Shown piece by piece: positions 23,986-33,675 of a stretch of 64,000 nucleotides of DNA. The notes beneath the pieces were generated by a model. It was not told the origin of the DNA. It made no database searches and was given only the letters and a program-made list of their open reading frames with translations. The DNA lies in NCBI GenBank assembly GCA_963822445.1, contig CAWGHO010000001.1:800001-864000 (forward strand). The letters run 5' to 3'. Positions within the stretch are counted from its first letter, which is position 1, and each line of letters begins with the position of its first letter. The DNA comes from an uncultured Acidobacteriota bacterium (GTDB taxonomy: Bacteria > Acidobacteriota > Thermoanaerobaculia > Gp7-AA8). A program made the translations under genes and the position numbers.

Positions 23986-25941
23986 TTGAGCGACCAGAAC
24001 AGTACAACCCCGGTGACGTCCCTGATCCAACGGGTAGCCCCAGCTCGCGTGGTCATCCTGTTCCTGTTTCACGCGCTGGTTTTCACGCTCTGCTACACCT
24101 TCGCCTGGCTGCTCCGCTTCGAATTCTCGATCCCCGCCGAGTGGATGCCGATCTTCAAGTGGAGCCTGCCGGCCGTCGTGGGAACCCAGCTTCTAGTCGG
24201 CGCATTCTTCTCGTTCTACCGCGGCTGGTGGCGTTACGTCGGAATCGCGGACGTGGTCCGTCTCGTGGCCGGTCTCACCGTCGCGGTCAGCATCCTGCTG
24301 GCGGCCTGGTATGTCGGCGGTGCACTGGGCATCGCGCCGAATCTCGTCCGCAGCCCCCGCGGCGTGATCGTGATCGACTGGGCGTTCTGTCTTCTGGCCC
24401 TCTTCGGCGCCCGGGTCATCATCCGCGTCGGCCGCGATCGTCTGCGCGACACGCCCCCCGGCCCGGTGAACCTTCAGCGCGTCCTCATCGTCGGCGCCGG
24501 TGATGCCGGCGAGACCCTGGCCCGCGAGCTCGAGCATCGCCCGCAACTGGGGATGAAAGTCGTCGCGTTCGTGGACGACCAGCGCGCGAAGTGGGGCTCG
24601 CACATCCGCGGCATCGAGGTCTACGGTCCGATCGCGAATGTTGCCTCGCTTTGCGACGATTTGCAGGTCGATGAGGCCCTCATCGCCATCCCCAGCGCTT
24701 CCGGTAAGCGGATGCGCGAGATCATCCATCACCTTTCCGAGGCCGATCTCCGGTTCAAGACCATCCCGGGAATCGATCACCTGGTCAGCGGCAAGGTCCA
24801 CGTCAGCCAGCTGCGCCCGGTGAACGTGGAAGATCTGCTGCGCCGTCAGCGGATCGACCTGCCGGGCGATCCGGTTCGCACGCTGTTCAAGGGACGGCGG
24901 GTGATGATCACCGGCGCCGGCGGCACGATCGGCTCGGAGCTGGCCAGCCAGATCCTGCAGTTCGAGCCGGAATCACTGACGCTGGTGGAGCGCTCCGAGT
25001 ACCTGCTTTATGAGGCCGAAAAACGGCTGCGGGGCGAGGCGGCCTGGCTCGCGTCGCGCGTCAGCCCGAAGCTCGTCGACGTCCAGGACACGGCCATCAT
25101 GGATGCCCTCGTGGCCAGGGAGCGGCCGGAGATCGTCCTTCACGCGGCGGCTCACAAGCACGTGCCCCTCGGCGAGCAAAACCCGTCGGAGTACGTTCGC
25201 AACAACGCCCTGGCGACACGCGAGCTGGCCGAAATCTGCCGCACCCGCGGAGTGGATCGCTTCGTCTTCATCTCCACCGACAAGGCGATCAATCCGACCA
25301 GCGTGATGGGAGCGAGCAAGCGCGCCGGCGAGATCGTCCTGATCGACAGCCTTCGCGACTCGCAGATGAAGCTGACCATCGTCCGCTTCGGCAACGTGAT
25401 CGGCTCGTCGGGCAGCGTGATTCCGCTGTTCATGGAGCAGATAGCGGCCGGGGGACCGGTCACGGTCACCCATCCCGACGTCACGCGCTACTTCCTGCGC
25501 ACTTCCGAAGCTGTATCGCTGGTCCTGCAGGCCGCGGCAGTCGGTGAAGGCGGAAACGTCTTCATGCTGGACATGGGCGAGCCGGTGAAGATCGCCGAGC
25601 TCGCGCGCGACCTGATCCGCCTGTCCAATCACACCGAGGATGAGATTCCGGTGGTGTTCACCGGCCTGCGGCCCGGGGAGAAGCTCTTCGAAGAGATCCG
25701 GCTGGAGGGGGAGAGCATCAAGGCGACCGTTCACCCGCAGATCGTGGTGACCGAGCCGCCGCAGCCGCCGAAACAGGTCGTCGCGCAATGGCTGGCCGGT
25801 TCCGGAGGGCGTATCGAGGCGTCTCCTGAGGATGTGATGGCGTGGCTGGCCGCGCTGGTTCCGGAGTACGCGCGTCCCGATGCCGCCCCGCAGCCTGCGA
25901 GCCGGCCCGCGATGCCGATGAAGCTCGCCGCGAGCGTATGA
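23986..25941 (+). CDS. Membrane-bound NDP-sugar 4,6-dehydratase (CapD/PglF/WbpM family)
   Basis: N-terminal TMs with YRGWWRY; IVGAGDAG; ITGAGGTIGSEL, HAAAHKHVP, ISTDKAINPTSVMGASKR, RFGNVIGSSGSV, GLRPGEKLFEE. Start TTG 23986 is uncertain. Confidence 0.93.
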   Translation: MSDQNSTTPVTSLIQRVAPARVVILFLFHALVFTLCYTFAWLLRFEFSIPAEWMPIFKWSLPAVVGTQLLVGAFFSFYRGWWRYVGIADVVRLVAGLTVAVSILLAAWYVGGALGIAPNLVRSPRGVIVIDWAFCLLALFGARVIIRVGRDRLRDTPPGPVNLQRVLIVGAGDAGETLARELEHRPQLGMKVVAFVDDQRAKWGSHIRGIEVYGPIANVASLCDDLQVDEALIAIPSASGKRMREIIHHLSEADLRFKTIPGIDHLVSGKVHVSQLRPVNVEDLLRRQRIDLPGDPVRTLFKGRRVMITGAGGTIGSELASQILQFEPESLTLVERSEYLLYEAEKRLRGEAAWLASRVSPKLVDVQDTAIMDALVARERPEIVLHAAAHKHVPLGEQNPSEYVRNNALATRELAEICRTRGVDRFVFISTDKAINPTSVMGASKRAGEIVLIDSLRDSQMKLTIVRFGNVIGSSGSVIPLFMEQIAAGGPVTVTHPDVTRYFLRTSEAVSLVLQAAAVGEGGNVFMLDMGEPVKIAELARDLIRLSNHTEDEIPVVFTGLRPGEKLFEEIRLEGESIKATVHPQIVVTEPPQPPKQVVAQWLAGSGGRIEASPEDVMAWLAALVPEYARPDAAPQPASRPAMPMKLAASV

Positions 25942-27257
25942 GCGAGGCTGCAGGCGTGATCATTCCGCCGGCAATCGATCACCTCGAACGGCCCGTTCCC
26001 GCCGTTGCTCGATGCATCGATGCGATTGCGATCGGCACGATGGTCCTCATCCCGCTGCTGGTTGTCCCCTCTTTTTACGATCCGTTCCGGCAGCCGAAGC
26101 TGCTCCTGTTCCACGCCGCCGGTATTTCTCTGGTGGGTGTGATGGCGGTTGCCGCGATTCTCGGTTCTCTTCCGCTTAGGGAACTGGTCCGCCGCAGGAT
26201 GCCCGACATGCTGGTGATGGCGATCCTCGCCTGGACGCTGATTACGGCGGCGTTCGCGAGTCACCGCCGTACCGCGCTGTTCGCGCTCCTCACGGCTGCC
26301 AGCGCGGCCGCCCTCTTCTTCGGCGTCCGGTGGAGCGCGCAACGGCTCCGGATGACGGTTCTCTTCGCGCTTGTCGTGCCGGCGCTCGTCAACGCAGGAC
26401 TTGCTGTCGTTCAGGAGCTGAAGATCTGGAACGAGATCGCGCCGCCCGCCGTCCGCGACCTCCATGTCGGCACCACGGCGTTGCTCGGCAACCCGAATGA
26501 CATCGGCAACTTTCTCGCTCCCGCCCTGATCGTGGTTCTGGCGTGGGCCCTGGCCACAAAGAGCATGTTGTCGCGTGTGTTGTTGTTCGCGGCCGGTGTT
26601 GCGATCGCCGCAGGAATCGCAGCGAGCCGTACGCGCGGCGCAATCCTCGGCGTCGCCGTGGGCATCGTCGTCCTGATCGTGGTTCGCTGGCGCCGAAAAG
26701 CAGTATGGCGATTGCTCGCCGCGGTCGTCGTGGCCGCGCTGGTTCTGGCCACATCGCCTACGCTCGTGCAGCGCGTAATCGACGCGCCGATTCAGGAACT
26801 GCTCAGCGGCCGCGTCATTGCGTTCGCCGCGGCCTGGCGGATGTTCACCGAGTCACCTGTGTTCGGCATAGGACCGGGTTGTTTCGAGTATGCCTATTTC
26901 GATTACGCAGCGGCGGTCTACCCGTCGATGCTCGACTATGCCATCGCCGGGCGGCAATACATGTTTGGTGAAGCCCACAATGACCATTTGCAGATCGCGG
27001 CAGAAACAGGATTGATCGGATACCTGCTCTTCGCGGCGTCGCTGATCTGCGTCGGCGCGGTGTCGCGACGCCGTCCGGCGGAAGCCGCCACTGAGCCGGC
27101 GCGTTTCGCACGGCTCTGCGGCGCGCCGCTGGCCGCCTCCCTGGCCGCTCTTGCGCTGTTTCAATTCCCGCTCTACCTCACGGCGTCGTTGACGGCGTAC
27201 GTGTTCGCTGCTGCTCTCGTGGTTGGCTGGCCGGACGATGAAGCTGTCGCTGGCTAG
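25938..27257 (+). CDS. O-antigen ligase / O-oligosaccharyltransferase-like membrane protein (Wzy_C)
   Basis: Multi-TM; LLGNPNDIG, SRTRGA, FGIGPGCF, EAHNDHLQIAAETGLIG; ATGA overlap with the upstream stop. Confidence 0.88.
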   Translation: MSEAAGVIIPPAIDHLERPVPAVARCIDAIAIGTMVLIPLLVVPSFYDPFRQPKLLLFHAAGISLVGVMAVAAILGSLPLRELVRRRMPDMLVMAILAWTLITAAFASHRRTALFALLTAASAAALFFGVRWSAQRLRMTVLFALVVPALVNAGLAVVQELKIWNEIAPPAVRDLHVGTTALLGNPNDIGNFLAPALIVVLAWALATKSMLSRVLLFAAGVAIAAGIAASRTRGAILGVAVGIVVLIVVRWRRKAVWRLLAAVVVAALVLATSPTLVQRVIDAPIQELLSGRVIAFAAAWRMFTESPVFGIGPGCFEYAYFDYAAAVYPSMLDYAIAGRQYMFGEAHNDHLQIAAETGLIGYLLFAASLICVGAVSRRRPAEAATEPARFARLCGAPLAASLAALALFQFPLYLTASLTAYVFAAALVVGWPDDEAVAG

Positions 27258-27933
27258 GGTGACCGCCGCAACGGCGGCCGCGGTGTTGACCTGTTTCGTT
27301 TTGTACGCGGCGGTCTACAAACGCGCCGTCGCGAGCATCGGATTGCGCCGCGCCGCTTCCACGGTCCGCCAGGACATGCCGGACTTCGTGCGCACCGTCG
27401 CCACGCGGGAGGCTCTCGCGATTCTCGCCGCGAACGCGACTGGCTCGCGCGAGGACCAGTACACCGCGATGATGAAGGGATCCAACCAACTCTTCCTCGG
27501 CCGATCGGAAGAAGCGGAGGCCTCGTTCAAGGAGGCCCTGCGCTGGGGCCGGCGGCCCGAAATCTATGTCGCCCTTGCCTCGGCACAGGCCTCAAACGGC
27601 CGTCGTGACGAAGCCATCGAAAGCCTTGCTGCCGCGGCCAGGTTCGATGCGTATTCTCTGGTCGGCAGCGGCCACGCCGACCTCACCGCGGAAGTCCTTC
27701 GCCGGTTCACGGGACGCTCGAGCCGTGCGCACATCGCGGAGATGTACCTGAGCATGGCCATCGCCTACTTCGAGGATGGATTCTTCAAAGAAGGCGTGGC
27801 GATGGCCGGTCAGGCGGCGTTGTATGACGAGCGGATCCTGCGACGGCGAGAGCTCGTAGCCTGGGGCATGGCCGATCACACCGCCGACCGCTACCTCGAG
27901 CTCAAAGAAAACAAATCCGAACCGTCTCCATGA
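27238..27933 (+). CDS. Membrane-anchored TPR protein
   Basis: N-terminal hydrophobic helix; LGRSEEAEASFKEAL, PEIYVALASAQASNGRRDEA TPR pattern. Confidence 0.75.
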   Translation: MKLSLARVTAATAAAVLTCFVLYAAVYKRAVASIGLRRAASTVRQDMPDFVRTVATREALAILAANATGSREDQYTAMMKGSNQLFLGRSEEAEASFKEALRWGRRPEIYVALASAQASNGRRDEAIESLAAAARFDAYSLVGSGHADLTAEVLRRFTGRSSRAHIAEMYLSMAIAYFEDGFFKEGVAMAGQAALYDERILRRRELVAWGMADHTADRYLELKENKSEPSP

Positions 27934-27934
27934 C

Positions 27935-30193
27935 TCAAGGCACGATCGTCCAGCTCAGGTCGGCGAAGTTGACCTGCGAGCTGTTGACGATGGTGTTGCT
28001 GCTCATCAGGTACATCCAGTTCTGACCGGTAGTCGTGTTCCGCCACAGGATGTCGTTCAGGCCGTCGCCGTTGAAATCGGCCGTGTTCTCGACCTGCCAG
28101 GAAAGCTCGGCGTAGTTCACGTGTGCCTGCGATACGACCAGGTGCCCGTTCATGAAGTACATCCAGTTCTGACCGGTCGTGTTGTGACGCCAGAGGATGT
28201 CGGCTCGGCGGTCGCCGTTGAAATCAGCGACACCGACGATCCGCCAGCCGACGTCGCTCACCGCCTGCACGGGGATGTTCGACGTGATGACGTGGCCGTT
28301 CATGAGGTAGAGCTGGTTCTGTCCGGTCGCGTTGTTGCGCCAGAGCAGATCGGCCCTGCCGTCCGCGTTGAAGTCACGAACCCCGGCGATGTACCAGTTC
28401 TGATCCGCGACGGTGTTGATGTCGCCTCCGCCCACCACGGCGATCCCGCTCATCAGGTAGACGTAATTGCGACCGGTCGCCGTGTTGCGCCAGACGATGT
28501 CATCACGGTTGTCGCCGTTGAGATCTCCCACACCGGCGACTCGCCAGTCCAGCGGCGGAGCGTGTGTGTAGCCGCCGCCGATGATCACATTTGCGCTCAT
28601 CAGGAATATGTAGTTTTGACCGGTCGTCGTGTTGCGCCAGTACATGTCGGCACGGCCATCGCCATTGAAGTCGCCGACTCCCACTACTGCCCAGTCCATG
28701 CTGTTCTGGTTGATGCCCGCCTGCATGAGAATCGCCGGGCCATTCATCAGATAGAGCCAGTTCTGGCCCGTCGGTGTCTGGCGCCACGGGATGTCCGCCT
28801 TGCCGTCCGCGTTGAAGTCATAACGGCCCGAGGGCGCGCCGACGATGAAGCCGCTGGGCGGCGGCGGTGGCGGCGGCGTGGTGCAGGTTTCGCCGGTATA
28901 CACGGCTTCGATGGCATTCCTGTCCCACTGCTGCAGCTGGGCGTTGAGACCGCGAATGATGGAGCTGTTCATGACGGCCGATCCGGAACAGTCGTAGGTG
29001 CCTGACGGACAGGGACCGTTGTTCTTGTCCTGGTTCGAATGACGGATGCCGAGGGTGTGTCCGAACTCGTGCGTGATCGCCGTGTTGAACTGTTCGCTGT
29101 TCGTGAATGACGGGCACGATGCCAGCCCGATGTTCCCGATCACATCGCCTTCCTGGGTCGAGATAAACGTCTCGCCGCGGTGGGTGTGCGTCCCGAATGC
29201 ATTTGACACCCCGCCCATGGCGATCGTGCCGCCGGCCCCGCAGCCATATGGCGGTGCGCCCCACGCGGAAAGACTGACTTCGAACCGCACGGCATTTACA
29301 CCATCCTCGGCCGATAGTCCGCCGGTCGCGTTCGGATTGGTGCCGGAGTACAGATAGTTGATGTTCGACGCGCAGTCGCTGCTCCATGCGTTGAGCGCGG
29401 TGCGTACCGCCGCCAGCCCACCCTCGGGCGCGCCGGACAGCGTGTTCTGGTTGTACCAGGGGACGACCTGGGGAAAGACGTTCCAGCGGCAGCCATTGCC
29501 GCCGCAGGCCATCATGTACGTGGACGGCGGGAAGTTGATCGCGTCCGCGCCCACCGAGGCCGCAGGTGATGTGTCCGACGAGTCTGCGTCGGTCCCCGGC
29601 GCAGCCAGGCGCGATCCGTACGGAACCAGCGGATGCCGCTCGACGAGGTAGGGCACCTTGTCGCGCAACCCGCGCGCTCGACCCTCGATGTACTTGACGA
29701 ACAGTGAGGCCGAGCGTCGCGGTTCAGCGTGCATGCCGCCGGACGGATCGAATCCGTTGATCTCCGACTCCTCGCGAACCAGCAGCTCCTGTCCCGCGGT
29801 GTCGTACGCGAACACGAATTTCCCGACGACGAAATCGAGCGTCGACCAGCGGTTCTCACCGGTCTTCATGAGGAAGAGGAGGACGCGGGAGCCACGATCC
29901 AGCCGGGGCGAACCCGGTACCCACACCGACGTATCGGAAACGGTCCCGCCCGGCTCGGCCACATTCGCGACCGGCTCGATGTCGCCTTTCAATGTCCGAT
30001 CGACCGCTACACGCGTCACCGTTTCGGTACCGAAAAGGCCGCCGCGGCGCGACGAAGAATCGAGAACGTGACCGATGACGATGGCATCGGCGGTTGCGAT
30101 GAGATTGTCATCGGTCCGAACGACGAACGACGCTGCTTCCAGCCTGGCGGCGGCAGCAATCACGAGCGCCAGTATCGTGAGTTTCCGTAGCAA
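27935..30193 (-). CDS. Secreted matrixin-like (M10/metzincin) metalloprotease with C-terminal FG-GAP/VCBS repeats
   Basis: TTG start with AAGGAGG SD, signal peptide, HEFGHTLGIRH + AVM Met-turn, poly-Pro linker, six DFNxDGxxDxxWR repeats. Confidence 0.9.
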   Translation of the reverse strand: MLRKLTILALVIAAAARLEAASFVVRTDDNLIATADAIVIGHVLDSSSRRGGLFGTETVTRVAVDRTLKGDIEPVANVAEPGGTVSDTSVWVPGSPRLDRGSRVLLFLMKTGENRWSTLDFVVGKFVFAYDTAGQELLVREESEINGFDPSGGMHAEPRRSASLFVKYIEGRARGLRDKVPYLVERHPLVPYGSRLAAPGTDADSSDTSPAASVGADAINFPPSTYMMACGGNGCRWNVFPQVVPWYNQNTLSGAPEGGLAAVRTALNAWSSDCASNINYLYSGTNPNATGGLSAEDGVNAVRFEVSLSAWGAPPYGCGAGGTIAMGGVSNAFGTHTHRGETFISTQEGDVIGNIGLASCPSFTNSEQFNTAITHEFGHTLGIRHSNQDKNNGPCPSGTYDCSGSAVMNSSIIRGLNAQLQQWDRNAIEAVYTGETCTTPPPPPPPSGFIVGAPSGRYDFNADGKADIPWRQTPTGQNWLYLMNGPAILMQAGINQNSMDWAVVGVGDFNGDGRADMYWRNTTTGQNYIFLMSANVIIGGGYTHAPPLDWRVAGVGDLNGDNRDDIVWRNTATGRNYVYLMSGIAVVGGGDINTVADQNWYIAGVRDFNADGRADLLWRNNATGQNQLYLMNGHVITSNIPVQAVSDVGWRIVGVADFNGDRRADILWRHNTTGQNWMYFMNGHLVVSQAHVNYAELSWQVENTADFNGDGLNDILWRNTTTGQNWMYLMSSNTIVNSSQVNFADLSWTIVP
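27950..28825 (-). repeat. Six intragenic FG-GAP-like repeats (~55 aa each)
   Basis: Recurring DFN[AG]DGxxD[IL]xWRNxxTGQNxxYLMxG units. Confidence 0.85.
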
Positions 30194-30260
30194 GGAGGCC
30201 TCCTTCCGGCAGGGCCGGACGGATGGCTCTCACTGCAAATAAGTAACCAAAACGGCAGGC

Positions 30261-31283
30261 TCAGCCGTTACCGAAATACGACCGGTACCACTCGTAAAAA
30301 CGGGCCACCCCTTCCTCGATCGAGGTCAGGGGCGTGAACCCGAAGTCACGCCTGAGGTCGTCGATGTCGGCGTACGTCGCGGGAACGTCGCCGGGCTGGA
30401 TAGGCAGCATGTTGAGCACGGCCTTTTTCCCGATGGCCGATTCGATGACCTCGATGAAACGGCCCAGCTCGACCGGCTGATGGTTGCCGATGTTGTAGAG
30501 CCGGTAGGGCGCGCGCGACGTTCCGGGATCGGGATGGTCGCCGCTCCACTGCTCATTCGGAGTAGCGGGGCGATCGATCACCCGGACGACCCCTTCCACG
30601 ATGTCGTCGATGTATGTGAAGTCCCGCTGCATGCGGCCGTGATTGAACACGTCGATCGGCCGGCCCTCGACGATGGCGCGCGTGAAAAGGAACAGGGCCA
30701 TGTCCGGCCGGCCCCATGGACCGTAGACCGTAAAGAAGCGCAGGCCTGTCGTCGGGATCCCGTAGAGATGACTGTAGGTGTGCGCCATCAGCTCGTTGGC
30801 CTTCTTCGTCGCGGCATACAGGCTGATGGGGTGATCGACGTTGTGATGCACCGAGTACGGCATGGCCGTGTTCGCGCCGTAGACGGAGCTCGACGAGGCG
30901 AAAACCAGATGACGCACGGGGTTGTTGCGACAGCCCTCGAGGACGTTCAGGAAGCCGGCGAGGTTGCTGCTGAGATACGCGCCGGGGTTCTTCAGCGAGT
31001 AACGGACGCCGGCCTGCGCCGCGAGATTGACCACCGCGTCCGCCCGCGCTTCGCCGAACAATGCGGCCATCGCCGCGGCATCGGACAGGTCGGCCCGGTG
31101 GCACTCGAAGCCTGGATGCGGCGTCAACAAAGCGAGGCGGTCTTCCTTCAGCCGCACGTCGTAGTAGGCGTTCAGATTGTCGACGCCGATGACCGTATCG
31201 CCGCGCTCGAGTAATCGCCTGCTGAGATGAAAACCGATGAAACCGGCCGCGCCGGTGACGATCACACGCACGCCGCGCATCAT
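30261..31283 (-). CDS. UDP-glucuronate 4-epimerase
   Basis: TGAAGFIG, NLAAQAGVRYSL, YAATKKANE, FFTVYGPWGRPDMA, QPGDV. Confidence 0.93.
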   Translation of the reverse strand: MMRGVRVIVTGAAGFIGFHLSRRLLERGDTVIGVDNLNAYYDVRLKEDRLALLTPHPGFECHRADLSDAAAMAALFGEARADAVVNLAAQAGVRYSLKNPGAYLSSNLAGFLNVLEGCRNNPVRHLVFASSSSVYGANTAMPYSVHHNVDHPISLYAATKKANELMAHTYSHLYGIPTTGLRFFTVYGPWGRPDMALFLFTRAIVEGRPIDVFNHGRMQRDFTYIDDIVEGVVRVIDRPATPNEQWSGDHPDPGTSRAPYRLYNIGNHQPVELGRFIEVIESAIGKKAVLNMLPIQPGDVPATYADIDDLRRDFGFTPLTSIEEGVARFYEWYRSYFGNG

Positions 31284-31330
31284 ATCCGCCGCGCTATACT
31301 TCCCCGCCTGCTCGCGGGCGTTACCTCCTC

Positions 31331-31966
31331 ATGCCACGGCTCTACAACCCCTTCGGAAAACGGCTGTTCGATCTGATCGCGGGCTTGGCCCTTCTGGCCG
31401 CCGCTTCCCCCGTTCTGCTGGTGGTCGCTCTGTTGACGCGGATGCGCATCGGCACTCCGGTTCTCTTCCGTCAGCAAAGGCCTGGATTGAAGGGCGAGCC
31501 GTTCACGCTGGTGAAGTTCCGAACGATGCGGACGGCCACCGACCAGCAGGGAAAGGACCTGCCGGACGAGGCGCGTTTGACGCCATTCGGCGACTTCCTC
31601 CGGCGGCGCAGTCTCGACGAACTTCCCGCGCTTCTCAATGTCGTGGCCGGAGACATGAGCCTCGTCGGCCCTCGCCCGCTGTTGATGCAGTACCTCGACC
31701 GCTACACGCCTGAACAGCGCCGGCGGCACGACGTGAGGCCGGGGCTGACCGGCTGGACCCAGGTCAATGGCCGCAATGCCCTGTCGTGGGAAGAAAAGTT
31801 CGCGCTCGACACGTGGTATGTCGACAACATCTCCTTCGCTCTCGATCTGAAGATTTTGGCGATGACTGCCCGCCAAATACTGGTACCTTCCGGCATCTCG
31901 CATCCGGAGCACGCCACGATGCCCGAATTCCGTGGCACGGCCGGACCCGAACAGAATCGCGGATGA
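31331..31966 (+). CDS. Initiating phosphoglycosyl transferase (PglC-like)
   Basis: KRLFD, FRQQRPG, KFRTM, SLDELP, GDMSLVGPRP, RPGLTGWTQVNGRN, KFALDTWY. Confidence 0.93.
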   Translation: MPRLYNPFGKRLFDLIAGLALLAAASPVLLVVALLTRMRIGTPVLFRQQRPGLKGEPFTLVKFRTMRTATDQQGKDLPDEARLTPFGDFLRRRSLDELPALLNVVAGDMSLVGPRPLLMQYLDRYTPEQRRRHDVRPGLTGWTQVNGRNALSWEEKFALDTWYVDNISFALDLKILAMTARQILVPSGISHPEHATMPEFRGTAGPEQNRG

Positions 31967-32733
31967 GGTTTCAGGACGCCACCGTCATCGTCACAGGCGC
32001 CGCCCGGGGAATCGGGCGTGCGATCGCCCAGCGCTTCGCGGCGGAGGGCGCCGCGGTCGCAGTCGCGGACGTGGATGCCGAAACGGCGGAGGCGGCCGCG
32101 GACGAGATCGGTCCGAAAGCGATCGCCGTTCGCACCGATGTTTCCTCGGAAGAGGACGTGTCCGCCCTCATTGAAACGACAGCGCGTAAGTTCGGCGGCG
32201 TCGATGTCATCGTGAACAACGCCGGGATCGATCTCGTCGCCGGCGTCGACGAAACGTCGTATGCCGACTGGCGGCGCATGCTGTCGGTCGACCTCGACGG
32301 AGCGTTTCTCTGCATCAAGCACGCGAGGTCGTATCTCGCCCGCAGTCCGCGGGCGGCCGTGGTGAACATCGGATCGATCCATGGACTGCACACGCAGCCC
32401 GGGCGCGCCGCTTATGCCGCGGCGAAAGCGGGGCTCGCCGGGATGACCCGGGCCCTGGCGCTCGACCTCGGCCCCGACGGGATCCGGGTGAACACGATCG
32501 CGCCGGGGTACATCCGCACGGACATCTGGCACCTCTGGCTCGACGAGCTTCCCGATCCCGAAGCGACGCTCTCGCGAATCGCGAACCAGCATCCCCTGCG
32601 GCGGCTCGGCCGTCCTGAAGACATCGCCGGCGCGGTCGCGTTTCTCGCCTCCCTGGATGCCGGTTTCATCACCGGCACCACACTCACCATCGACGGTGGA
32701 TTGACGGCGATGTTTCCGCCGCCACCAACCTAA
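31963..32733 (+). CDS. SDR-family oxidoreductase
   Basis: TGAARGIG, NNAG, S..YAAAK, NTIAPG; start ATG 31963 overlaps the upstream stop (ATGA). Confidence 0.92.
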   Translation: MRFQDATVIVTGAARGIGRAIAQRFAAEGAAVAVADVDAETAEAAADEIGPKAIAVRTDVSSEEDVSALIETTARKFGGVDVIVNNAGIDLVAGVDETSYADWRRMLSVDLDGAFLCIKHARSYLARSPRAAVVNIGSIHGLHTQPGRAAYAAAKAGLAGMTRALALDLGPDGIRVNTIAPGYIRTDIWHLWLDELPDPEATLSRIANQHPLRRLGRPEDIAGAVAFLASLDAGFITGTTLTIDGGLTAMFPPPPT

Positions 32734-32743
32734 GGAGATCCGC

Positions 32744-33667
32744 ATCGGTACCGTTCCCACCCGGCTCAGAGAACGACTGGTTTGTCCGACCTGCCATGAC
32801 GCACTCGCCGACAGGCCATCGAATCTGTTCTGTGCGCGCTGCGATCACGGGTATGCCGTCGACAGCGGCGTTCCGCTCATGCTCGACAAAGAGAGCCTGG
32901 CCAAGCTCTCCTCGACGCGATCGGTGGCCGAGAACGTCCGGCTGCGGCAGCGTCTCGCGAACCGCAAGCTGCTGAACGCGATCATCCGCATCACGCGACC
33001 GCCTCACCCGTTTCTCTTCACGGCCGGACGCCGGAACCGTCAAACGTTCAGCACCCTCGTCGAGCAGGTCGCGAGCGGACAGCCATTCGCAGTCGATATC
33101 GGCAGCGGCATCCTCGGCACTCAGAACACGTCCGGCCTGAGCGACAAGGTCTTCGCCTCGACGGTCGCGATGGAAATCGACCGCACGCCCTTCACCGCGC
33201 TCACCGGCGACGCGCACAAGCTGCCATTCGCTTCCGGATCGATCGACGGCGTCCTGATTCAGGGCGTACTGGAACACGTCGAGGATCCGGTTCGCATAGC
33301 CGGCGAGATTGCCCGCGTGCTCAAGCCGGGCGCGCCGGTCTACGTGGAGATCCCCTTCATCCAGCACTATCATCAGGATCCCGAGGATTACAGGCGCTAC
33401 ACGCTGACCGGGCTTCGCCAGCTGCTGGCCGCGTTCGAGGAAGTGGAGGCCGGCGTATCCGCGGGACCCAGTTCCGCGCTGTGCGACGTACTGACTGAAT
33501 ACGCCGGTGTCTGGTTCGACCATCCGGTGCTCTACTGGGGAGCGAAATGGGTGGTCGGCTGGCTCGTACTACCCATTCGTTATCTCGACCATGTCCTGAG
33601 CCGCCGGAAACGGGCGCATTCGATCGCCGGCGCGCTCTATTTTCTCGGAAGACGCAGGACCGCCTGA
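32744..33667 (+). CDS. SAM-dependent methyltransferase with N-terminal Trm112-like Zn finger
   Basis: VDIGSG, GDAHKLPF, VLEHVEDP, RVLKPG, DYRRYT. In-frame CPTC...CARC...YAVDSGVPLM lies upstream of track start 32879; start inferred at ATC 32744. Confidence 0.8.
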   Translation: MGTVPTRLRERLVCPTCHDALADRPSNLFCARCDHGYAVDSGVPLMLDKESLAKLSSTRSVAENVRLRQRLANRKLLNAIIRITRPPHPFLFTAGRRNRQTFSTLVEQVASGQPFAVDIGSGILGTQNTSGLSDKVFASTVAMEIDRTPFTALTGDAHKLPFASGSIDGVLIQGVLEHVEDPVRIAGEIARVLKPGAPVYVEIPFIQHYHQDPEDYRRYTLTGLRQLLAAFEEVEAGVSAGPSSALCDVLTEYAGVWFDHPVLYWGAKWVVGWLVLPIRYLDHVLSRRKRAHSIAGALYFLGRRRTA

Positions 33668-33675
33668 AGGAACCA

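Noticed and set aside
27950-28825. Regularly spaced DNA repeats as CRISPR or DGR template/variable repeats
   Set aside because: They are in-frame FG-GAP protein repeats; no reverse transcriptase in the window
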